64,000 bases of DNA, taken from NCBI GenBank assembly GCA_001643675.2, contig LSRY02000004.1, forward strand, positions 2,232,001 through 2,296,000, given 5' to 3'. The notes beneath the pieces were generated by a model. It was given only the letters and a program-made list of their open reading frames with translations. It did no database searches and was not told where the DNA came from. The translations under genes and the position numbers were made by a program. Shown here piece by piece: positions 35,689 through 47,600 of this stretch. Origin of the DNA: Monocercomonoides exilis PA203 (taxonomy: Eukaryota > Protista > Preaxostyla). Every line of letters begins with the position of its first letter. The stretch's first letter is position 1.

Positions 35689-38600
35689 ATGAAGTTGCTG
35701 GTGTATCTTTTGCTCTTGCCAGCTCTCCTACAGTCGCAAAGCAATTTATATTCAGGAACTTCAGGAAAATCTGGTGCAGGAGCTTCTGTCGTTGCTGAAA
35801 GCGCAAATAAGCATTATTCAATTTTGTTGCAAGAAAAAGAATTGTTGCATGGAAAGTCAGATAGCAGTAATCCAATATGTACAATATCGCTCGAATATGG
35901 TTCTGCCGGATGGAATTTTTGTGAAAAGCGCGAGCACAATCAAAAACACTATTTGTTCTCAATGCTGAATTCCACTGTGCTTTTTGAGTCAGTTGCGGTG
36001 CGAGGGAGTGCGCGTCCTGTTGCACTTTTGAGAGACGTCCAAGCTGAATGCTGTTTCTGCAATTGCCTTTTTTGGAGAAATTGGGGCTCAGACAATTTCT
36101 GTGATTCGTTTGGAGGGCTGCTGAGACTCGAAAATATTTCACTTTTATGTTCAACACCAAACATTGCATGCGGATTTGTTTTGTCAAACTCAATCGCACC
36201 TTCCTCGAGAATCCATCTGAAAAGGAGTGCAATGCATTCGTTTTCTGTGAACTCGATGAATCCTTTTCTGAGTGCTGGAAATATGGAATCTGTTGCTGTG
36301 GACGAATGCCATTTTGAAAACATCACCCATAAGCCCGACGCGATGCGAAGAAAAGGGCTCGCAGAGGAAAGAGAATTCGTTGGAAATGGGATTGGCATGA
36401 TTGAAGTGGAGTCTTCAACATTTAACAAAGTTATTGATGCCGATTGCGGATGCATTTTTGATGGATTTCACACCTTTCATCATTACCTGTCTTTCAATTG
36501 CAGCTTTGTCACGAGCAGAGCACAGGTCAACAACACCAGACAGGTGAACTCTTCTGGAAATGTTATTCTTCGTGATTCGTTGTTTACCGTTGTGAGTGAG
36601 GTTTATGATGGAGCAGCAGTGCTGATTACCGGAAATGCAACGCTAACCATTGAAAGAACAACATTTCTAAATTGTAAAAGTACTGCATATAGTAGGGACA
36701 ATGGGGGTGGTGCGATATCGGCAACTGGAACAGGATTCATTACTATTACAAATTCTTCATTTAATAATAATTCATGTATTTCCTTAGCTGGCGGAGCTAT
36801 TCGCATTTATACCAAATCTGCGGGAGATGTTTCAATAACAGATTCATATTTTATTGAAAATGAAGGTCCACATTATGGAGCATTTCAAATAACGGGACAA
36901 AACGACTATGTAATTATTGATTCGTGTACATTCTATCGAAATAAAGCAAATACGTATTATTGCGGTTCGATTTGCTTTTGGAATTTTCAATGCAATTATT
37001 CGTTACTTTCTAATTGCTTGTTTCAAGAATGCTCAAGCGCAATGTATGCAGGTGCTTTGTTAATAGGGGGTTACTTCGAAGATATCTATCCAACTGAAAT
37101 TCGCTTTTTGTATTTTGATCAAAACGCATGCAAAAATAACATAGGAACAGATGTTTGTATCAGAACATACAATCTGACTTTTTACGTTGCCAACAACTTC
37201 ACAACTTGCTTTTCCACATCATTAGAGAAGAGAATTGCATTTTGTACGAAGTCAAGCGAATGGACCTGTGCGTCATATGAGCCAAAAGAAAACTGGATTC
37301 GAACAGATGACCCTTCGTCAATTCATGTGAATCCATCAAAAGAAGATAATGCTGTCTGTGGAAATGTTGGGCGAGAATGCAAGACAATTGGCTTTGCGAT
37401 AACAAGATGGCTTCAGCCAGAGCTGCAAAAAGTGTATGTTTCGAGGGTGAACCATTTGGAGACTTCGATTGCGATAAACGGGCAAGCAGTGGAAACTTCG
37501 ATAAAAGGAAGTGGAGATCGACCGACGATCACATCCAAAAACGTGGATGGCTGGCTGGTCACGATCACAACAGGCTCTTTCACTGTGACTGATTTTTCGA
37601 TTGTTGTGGATACAGGGGTGTCGCTGGAATCCTCACTGTTTTTAGTTTCAAATGCAGAAGGGAAGCTGAACCTGGTGCAATGCGAAATCTCTGCAGATTC
37701 AACAAATCGAGTGTTGGAGCATTCGCAGTTTTCTCTTCTTGGAGGAAGCGTCAACCTGACACTTTGCGAAATACGCGGCTTTTCTCTTCAAGAGTGTGGA
37801 TTGTTTCAGAAGGAGTCGGCAAGCTCGCTTTTGTTTGAAGGAGGCAGCGTGTGCGACATTGCCCGAAGCAGAGGAAACGGCACGATCATTGGCAAAACAC
37901 TGGGCGATGGAGAGGTTCTTGCGATTTCGAACATCACTTTCAGAAACTGCACGAGTTCAGCTGAAAATGGAGGGGTGTTTGGCTTGTGTTTGGGCAGCGG
38001 AAGTCAACTGCGAATTGGGCAGACGAGCGAAGTTGGCTTTGAAGAATGCAGCGCGCCCAACAGCGAAAGCAAAGGAAAGGGCGGAGCGTTGTATCTTCTT
38101 TTCGATCCGGGATCCAATGATTTTATATTGAAGAACATTTCGTTCAGGGGCTGCAGAGCTTGGAAAGGGAAGAATGTGTTTGTGGATGGGAGCAATCTGT
38201 CATCGTTGGTGAAGGCGTCTTCGTTTGCGTTCAAGCCTCAAACAGGGGTGGAGCTGGCAGATTTGGATGAGCTGAGCGGATATGATGCGGGAGATCGCAG
38301 CAAGGTGATTCCTTTGGTGCTGTATTTGCGGACTTTTTCATCGCCAGCGTATGTGTCTGGAAGCGAGAGCGATGCAGATGACACGTTCTGCGGATACAAA
38401 GATTATCCGTGCCGAACAGTCGAAGGCGCAGCTGCCTTTCGGTTTGCGAATTCTGCTTGCGAGTTGAGTCTGCTGCCATCATTTGCATTTTTGAAGGAGC
38501 TGACGTTGGCTTCGCAGTCGTATGTTTTTGGTGCTGCTTCGCAGGGGCAGGCAACAGAAGTGGGCTCTTCTTCGGTTAAAAGTCGCGAAATGCTTGTTTC

Positions 38601-41600
38601 GGTGTCCGTTCCAGCAACATTTGCGAACATAACGTTTTTGCTGAGCCATTCGATTGGGAACAGGGCATCGTTCATATCGTTGCAAAGTGCGACTCTGTCA
38701 TTAACCAGCTGCTCGATTGGAAAGACATCTGAGACTGAATCCATTGAATACACAGCTGTGATGGCATCTGGTGGGGTGCTGACAGTCACTTCGCTGTCGG
38801 TGGCTGCTGACCAAGCGCTTTCGTTCAGTGCGCCAATGCTTCTGCTGAGTGGAAGTGTGGTGTGCAATTTGTTTGGTGCAAATCTGTCGAGCATTGCGAC
38901 AACCGGTCCTCAGAGCTTCGTTGAGACGAGCTCGTCTGGGCTGGCCAACATCACCAACTGTTCGTTTGACAGGTTCTCTCTTGGGAAGCGTGGGATGATA
39001 CACAGCGAAAACGGCAGTTCATTGTATGTTGGAGGCTCTTCATTTGCAGATGTGAGCCTTTCGAACGGAAACGGGTCGTGCATCGATTTTGCAGCAGGAG
39101 AGGATGTGCTTCATTGTGTGACAGTTTTCAATTGCTCGTTTCAGGGATGTTCAGTGCTGAATAATGGGCAGTCGGGAGGGGGAATATTTGCCTCTCTGAA
39201 AAGCAGCTGCGAGCTGTTGATTAATTCGACAAGCTTTTTGTCGTGCACAGCGCCTTCAGAAATGCTGAGTGGATTCGGTGGAGGCATTTCGTTGTTTGTT
39301 CTGCAGACTGATGCATCGTTTGCGATTGATGCGCCTTCTTTTTCGGATGAGCTTCCCAACAAAGCGAAGTGTGGGAATGATATTTTTGTGTCTTCTCCTG
39401 ACCTTGCATCGAGTGTCAACAGGGAGTCGTTCTGCTTCTACGATGAGCAGAATCCGTTTTCTACTGCTTCGTGTGTGGGAGTTGACGAGAAATGGGTAAA
39501 TGCTATGATTCCTCTTGTGTGCTATTTCCGAGTGCTTGGTGATGCTGTTTGCGTCTCGGCCGAGGGAAGCGATGTGCCTGTCTGCGGGTATGTTGACTTT
39601 GGATGCCGGACACTCGACTTCTCATTTGCTCGGCTGCCAGGAAGAAAGAAAGCTGTCACGATACCAAGCGAATATGCTGTTGGAGAAAGCTGTGTGCTGA
39701 GTGATGCAAAGGGATACAGCATTTCTGGTCTTGAAACGAAGACAAGACTGAAAATGGAGGGAAACGAGACGCAAGCGACGTCTGTGATGGAGGTCAGAGC
39801 AGCAGTGTTCTTTTCGTGTTTCTTCATCGAGATGGTGTATTCTCTTCATTCAACGAAAAGTGCAGTATTCTCTGTTGCAGATTCCAATGGAGTGCTTGAA
39901 ATCGAAAACTGTGAGTGCCAGCCAGAATCTGGGGTCTCCTCAATCTCCTATTGTTTGCTTGCAGCCAAAGCTGGAAAATTGGCGGTGAATGGATTCGTCA
40001 TGAGCAACGTGCAGTTCTCGGCAGGCGCAGCTGTTGTGGTGAACGAGTCAGGAGCATGTGAAATAATGAGCATGATGTTTGAAAATGTCACGTCCAGTGC
40101 AAATGGAGAAATAATGAAGTATTCTTCGACTGGGGAGATGAATGTCAACAAAAGCCACTTTTCTTCTTCAATGGAATCGGCATCCCCAATGATCTTTGAT
40201 GGGAATGGAGCAGTGTTGTGTGTGAGCAACACAACATTCTCTGAGATTGGCCGATCGGAAGGGCAAGGCGGGGCTGTTGAAGGGGTTGTGGGAGATGGAT
40301 GCCGAATGGTGCTGGAAGGAGTGGTGTTTCTCGATTGCTGCACCGAGGAAGGCTGTGGGGGAGGGCTTGGGTTGAGTGTGTCGGGAACAGGGCATCTCGA
40401 AATTGGGAAAGAGGAGCTGAACTCCGCCTTTAAGAGCTGTGCAGCTAAAAAAGGCAACGGAAATGGAGGCAATGGCGGAGGGATTTCCATCAGATTCAGC
40501 GGCGAGGTGTTTGATTATGTGATTTGCCACACGATTTTCGGAGCAGAAACAGAAAAGAACGAAGCAGAGGAGAAAGGAGAGAACATCTTCATTGAGGGAG
40601 ACGATTTGAGCAGAATTGTCACACAACGGCGTTTTGCAGTTGAGTGCGATGTGAGCAAGGGGAAGCACAACGAGTTTGTGGGATTCGACAGGAACGCAGA
40701 TAAATGCGTTCCACTTGTTTCGTTTCTGTCACATTGGACATCGCCTGTGTTTGTAAACAGCGAGGAAGGGGCTGATTATCAGTCGTGTGGCTTTTCGTGG
40801 TATCCGTGCTCCTCCATCGTATACGCAGCAGAAAACCGTTTTGCGAGTGGTGTGGCAGCTGTTTGCCTTGAGCCTAATTTTTCGATTGCCGACAAGCTTG
40901 TATTGAGCGCAATGCCGATGGTCATCAATGGTGTCTCGAAGCCTGAAAGAGTGAACATCGCGGCAGATGGCAGAGAGAGCGGAGATGGACTTGTGATTAC
41001 GCAGAACGAAGTTGCAATCAGCTGGCTTGAATTTTGTGCTCCGTGTGAGTTTTTGCATGTTCAGAGGAAGAGCCTTATTCTTTGTGCTGGATCGAAGTTG
41101 GTTGTTGAAGGGTGCAGCATGGTGATGCAAAGCGGCAATCCAAGCTATCGGTTTTTACTGATAACTTCGGGAAGCGTGAAACTGACTGAGTTTAATCTGA
41201 ACTCCATGGAATTCAATGAAGCGCCAGCGATTGAGCTGGTTGGCGCACAAGCAAGCGGAGTGTTTGACAAGCTGCATCTGGAAAGTGTCAACACAACATG
41301 TGAAAGCGGGGGAGTGATTTTTGTGTCTTCGGCATCGGCAGCTCAAATCGAGAATTCGACGATAAACTCGACATCCCTTCTGAGGCAGACAGCGATTTGT
41401 GTGAAGGGAGGAGCTTCGCTGACTCTGAAGAAGAGCAACTTCAGCGAGGTGAACAGGACAGAAGGAAACGGAGGAGTGGTTGTGGGAGAGGTGGACAGCG
41501 AAAAGCGCATTGAGATCAAGGAATGCAACTTTGCCAAGGTTATGTGCTACCATACAGGAACAAAAGGAGGAAGCATGCTTATATCGGTGGCGAAAAGAGG

Positions 41601-44600
41601 AACTTTTCTGTTTGAGAAGAACTGTGTGAATGAAAGCAGGGTGCCGGGGATTGACGGGCTGGGAGGGGGTCTGCACCTGACGTTTTCAGATGTGGACTTG
41701 ACGTATTCGATGAAGTCGGATGAATTCAACAGCAATGATGCGCTGCTGGGGAAGGATGTGTATCTTGTGTGTCCGCTTCCGCGGAGGATGATCAACCCGT
41801 TGCTCTGGAGCGGGTCTGCGAAAGATGGGAGCGAGTTTGAAAAGACGATGTGGGTGCTGGATCCGAGCGATGCAGAAATGAACATGTCGCTTCTGAGGTT
41901 TTTGTTTCCGTCTGTCGACGATATTGTGTTTGTTGACGACGGGCTGGGGCAGGTCGAAGCAGGATGCGGAAGCAGCGTCAAGCCTTGCAAGGAATTGAGT
42001 TTTGGGTTCACGCAGTTGGGAACAGAAAAGAACATTCTGCACATCACATCATTGGCAAAGCTGGAAGGGGAAATCAAGCAGAATCTTTCGTCGCTGACGA
42101 TCAGAGGGGAATCTGTGAAATCAGACATGATTGTGGATGGTGGCGGGTGCATATGCGTGAGCGACGGAGACTTGTCGACTCAGCTGACCATCCAGAATAT
42201 CCGCTTTGCTTTTGCCGCAAGCGCTGAGAGCCTGCAAGACTCGCTGATTGTTGGGAAAGTGGGGAGCATATTCCTGATTTCGTGTGATGTCTCAAAAAGT
42301 GCGAATGCTCAAATCTCCAACATAAAGCAGAGCATCTTGTGCGGAAAGGGAAGCACGATAACTCTGACGTCTGTGACATTTTCGGAGCTGGTGTTTGAGG
42401 CGGATCAAGCGATCTGTGTGATGCAGTCTGGTTCCTTGATTATCAGTGGCTGCACTTTTGCCTCGATATGCACAAGCAAGAAAAGTCTGATTGGAGGGAT
42501 GAAAGGAACATGCATTGCAATCAACAACACTCATATCAGCGAATGCTCGTCAGAGTCTGGAAGTGTTGTGCACTGGGAAAATGCGTTGGAGGTTGAGATC
42601 GCAAATACCTCGTCATTTGCGAATTGCTCTTCAGAAAAAGACAACGGCGGGGCAGTTAATTTGATTTTCTCGAAGAATTACAGACTTTCGATTGCTGATG
42701 TTTCATTCAGCAACAACTCGGCAGACGAAGAAGCGAAAAACGGAGGAGCCATTTTCGTGCAATTGAGCCAAGATCTGGATGAAGCAATCGAATTCTCATC
42801 GTTGCATTTCCTTGGAAACAAAGCGCATCATGGCAAAGACATGTTTGTTGCATGTGCTGACCTGAATCGAACAGTCCTGCAATCGAGGTTTCGGTTTCCT
42901 TTGGTGAATGAGGAAGGCGAATTGATTGTTGATTTATTTGGAAGAGACGAGGTGATCACAAACAAGGAAGCAGTCAACCTGACGCTGTTTTTGTTGCAGC
43001 TGCAATCCTCGAGCATTCATGTGTCTGCTGCAGGGCGTGATTATTTGGGGTGTGGGAGCGACGAGTATCCGTGCAACACCTTCTGGAGAGGATACACGAA
43101 CATGGACAAGACGGGATCAGATCAAAAGCTTTTGACTGTGGATGCTTCGACAGTTGTGCAAGACACCTACGATGTGAGCTCGTTTTCTATCATCCCGGGA
43201 TATGGAAGCGCCCGATCGTCGATTGTCGTGAAGAGTGACCTGGAGTTGTGCACTTTGGATTCCATATTTTTGAGCGCAAAAAGTCTGTCCATTCAAAACA
43301 TGTTGCTTTCCATCCCGCCTTCGTTCGCACCTCCTGTTCAGAATCTGCTGAGACTTAATCCGCCCAGCGCCTCGGAAGCCCAGTTGGCAGTGAAGGGCTG
43401 TGTGTTTGAGTGTTCGTCTGGATCTTGCATTGATTACATCTTGATTTCGTCTGCGAAAGGGCAGGTGGAATTGGCAGACTGCACTTTGCCATCTTTCTCG
43501 TCTGGCGTGGTTCCGCTCGATTTGTCTTCCTCTGTTCTGATCAAAGGAATGAACTTCACCAACATTGCGTCTGCATCCAGTGGCGAGGGTGGAGTGGCGA
43601 GGGTGGAGCTGACAGAGGAAGAATCGCTGAGCATTAACGGAACGACAGCAGAGGGATGCTCGTGTGCAGGAAATGGAAGAGGGGGAGCATTCTTTGTGAA
43701 GTGTTCAGAATCTCTGCTTCCTGCACCTTTTGTTTTTGGAAGCGAAATAATTCTGGCAGGTAACGAAGCCATGATTGGGAAGAACGTATTTATTGCATCG
43801 AGTGACCTGAATCGAACAGTCACAAAGAGCACTTTTGTGTTTCTTGCTGAAAAATCCAAGATGGAACACACGCTCTTCTGTGGAAGTGATGCAGTGCATC
43901 ACGACACCGATCTTTTGCGGTTTTTGTGTGGGTACAAGAACAATACGATTTTTGTCTCTTCGAATGGGTTCGACATTGCCAGATGTGGAAGCGAAGATGA
44001 TCCGTGCGAATCGTTCTGGAAAGGGATGGCGCAAATAGAGCGATCTTCTCCGTCAAAGGTAATAACAGTTGATGGTTCGACTTTTGTGCGTGATGCATTT
44101 ATTGTGTCGAATTACACAATAGCTTCATATTCAGCGTCGCCTGACGAAGTGAGAAAGGCTGTGGTCGAGTTCCAGAACAAAACAATCAACGATGGAGAGC
44201 CGTTTCTGACCAATGCTGTGAGATTGTCGCTGGAGAGGATGAGCCTGAGGGTTGCAGAGCATTTTGATGGCTCAGCAAGCTCCATTGTTCACAGCAAGGA
44301 AGGCATCCTTCTTGTGAGGATGTGCTCGTTTGAATCGAAAGGGCTGATGGAGGATTTGAGCAAAGTGCGGTTTGTGACAGTTGAAGGAGGAGAGCTGGCT
44401 GTTGATGATCTGACAATAAGCTCCTCCAACTTTGCTGAGAACATATTTGCAGTGAATAATATGGCGCAGTTGTGTTCCTTCACGAGCTTATCGGTATCAT
44501 CGCTGAATCTGTCAGATGGAAGTATTTTTTCGCTTTCTTCGTCAATCGGACAGGAGACAAAGCAAAATAGCAACTGGAGATGTGATTTTCGAATAAACGG

Positions 44601-47600
44601 ATCGACATTCTCTTCCATTGCGCGTGTTGACGATGGGTCTGGTGTTGTATTTTCTGGGATCAACAACATTGATCTGAAAGTGGATAAGACGGTGTTCAGC
44701 GATGTTAAGGCTGAGCGCAGCCTGAAAGGAGGGGTCATGCTTGTTTCACTTTTGTCTGAAAGCTCGTTCAAGATGAGCGATTCGACAGTCACGCGATGCT
44801 GCTGCTCGAGCAACGGAAAAGGGGGAGGAGTTTATTTGGCAGCAGCAACAGCAGGAAAACTGGATTTCCTGTTCAGCCGAGTGAGCTTTATAGCGAATAC
44901 AGCGTTTGTTGGGAACGACATCTTCATTGAATGCCACAACATCACTGCACAAATCAACGAAACGCAGTTTGGGTTTGATGTTGAGAAAGTGACAGACAAA
45001 GCGAAAGCGATTTTTGGGATTGACAAGACCGATCACACGGCAGACACGAATCTTCTTGATTTCATCACGATTTATCGAGCAGACACGATCATCGTCAGCT
45101 CTGATCCGTCGAGAAATGGGAAAGATGACAGACAATGCGGGACGCAATATCTGCCTTGTCTTTCGATTGATTATGGTCTTCTTCATCTGTCGAATAATTT
45201 TGTGAGCCAAATGTTTGTGGACAAAGCATCGTATCTTGGAGGCGAAGCGAAGATGGTTGAAATGGGGCTGGCATCTCGAACAAAGGCGCAATGCGTTATT
45301 GGAGTGCATTCAAATATTCTCCAGCACGAATTGGCGCTCATATCGACAGCTGGTTCTGTGTCACTGAGCTATCTTCGCTTTGCTTTTGCAGAGGAATTTG
45401 TGTCTTTCCATTCAGCATTTCTTTGCCCAGAAACAGGCGTTCTTGAACTGAGCTGTTGTGCATTCACCTCAGAAAGTGATGGTTCTGTTCAAACTGTTCC
45501 ATTTTGTCTTGTTTCTGCCAATGGATGCAAGTGCACAGCTTATGAGGTTTCCGTGTCCTTCTTGGCATTCGCATCTCCTATGTTTCGTGTTGCGAGCTCT
45601 GGAAATATGAAGATAACTTCTTCGTCCTTCTCAGAGTCAAGTTTTGAAGGAAGTTTGGCAGAATGTGGAGAAGACTCTGTTATGCAGACTGTATCTTCGT
45701 CTTTCACAAGCATAAATGTTTCGGGAAGACATCCGATGCTTTCGTTTAATGCAGCAAATGAAGTGGCCATCGACAATTGCTCGTTCATTTCCTGCTTATC
45801 AAGCACTCAGAGAGGGAGCATTGTGTCATTTTCGTTGTGCACGAATGCAACGATCGACAAGTGTTTGTTTGATGGATGGAAAGGGGACAATAAAAGCGAT
45901 GAAAAGAGGAACACGCAGCAGGAGGAGATCTGCCGATGGAATGGGTCGCTGGTTGATTTTGCTGGAACAAGAGCAGCAATGAAGGACACAGCGGTTGTGA
46001 ATTCATCAGAAGGAGGAATGTCGATTTGTGGTGGGGAGGTGAGTGTGGAGAAAGGCGAATATTACTGGAACAGCAAAGCTATTGATGGATTCCCTTCAGC
46101 CAGACGAAACATCATCTGTGAAGGCAAAGGGCAGCTGGCGATGGAGAGCTTGAAAGGAGGAGATGGGTTACTTCCAAACACATCGCTGTGGATTCTGAAT
46201 GAGGGATGTGAGCTGTCTGGAATGGCTTCAGAAAGAGCATCTGAATTGTTCATCCCAGCATTGGAAAGAGTGGAAACAGAAGAAAAAAGAGGGAGAACGG
46301 AGCTGACGTTCAGAGGAAACCTTCTTCTGCCATGCAATCTGTCGTGCCAAATTACATCAACAATTGAAAAAGTCAGCTCGATTGAGGTGTATTTGCTGGA
46401 GGAAGATGGATTTGTTTGTGAGAACGAAGCTCGCAGTTCAATAGCATCAGGGATCATATCTTCAGCTGAAGAAAGGGCAGAGGTGGCTGTTTGCATCTTG
46501 TTTGGCAACCCCGAAAAGAAAGGAAGAACAGAATCGTTTGTGGTGAAGAATAAAACAGAAAAGAAGAAAGATGAAAATGGAAATAATGAAATCGTCAAAA
46601 GTGAGACAAAAGAAGGAGGATCGTGGGCATTGATTGTGATCGTAATGCTGTCTGTGCTGTTTTTGATAGTTCTAACTGTATCAATAATATTAGCGGTGAG
46701 ATGGAGAAAACAAAAGAGACGAACAGAAGAATTGGAGGTGATTGTGGAAGACACAGTGAAGAAGGATCCAAAAGCATTTGAGATGGTGACGATGGAAATG
46801 TCACCTGAAGAGCAGTGGAGAAGAGCTGAGAGGGAAGCAGAGAAGAAGAATGAAGAGAGGATAAAGAAGAGAGTGTACGAGAAAAGCTTGGGACATTCTG
46901 AGTCATCAGAACATCTTCTATCTGAGAGTGGTTCGACAGAATATATTTTGGGAAGAGACTCAGACAAGATTCCTCAATGGATGCTGGAGAAGGTTGATGA
47001 CGAGGAAGAGACAAGAAAAAGAACGCCATCTCCATCCATTTCATCCACTTCAACCACTTCAACCACTGATTCAGATTCCACTTTTGTCCGAGGAGAAGAT
47101 CTGTGCCCCACAACCTCATCAATGTCAAATCTGGTGGATGCGATGACCTGTTCATCTCCACATGAGAAACTGATTCTTGATTTTCGAGATTCGTTTTTCA
47201 TGCTGATGCATGGGAGGAACAAGACGAAGGAGATGCCAATTGGGAATCTTGAGGAGCGGGAGCTGACAGGAGCACAGGTGCTGTTCTGGGTGGCGAATCT
47301 TGCGCTGCACTCATTTGATGAGATGAGCAATCCTCTCTCCTCTCTGGAGAATCTGAGTCCGCACATTGTGCTGTTCTCGGAGCACATGGACATTGCTGTT
47401 GCACTTCGCTCTGAATGCTCCTCTTCTGACGATTCAGATTCATCGTCCATCTCTTCGCTGACCATTGTTTCGTCTTCCTCATCGAATGTTTCAGTGATGA
47501 GTGAGAGGTTTACCGACTCTCCACCACCCTCGTCAGCCTTTGAGGATGAGGCAGACAACAGGGATGAGTGCAAGCGATGGAAGGCACCGGAGCTGCTAAT

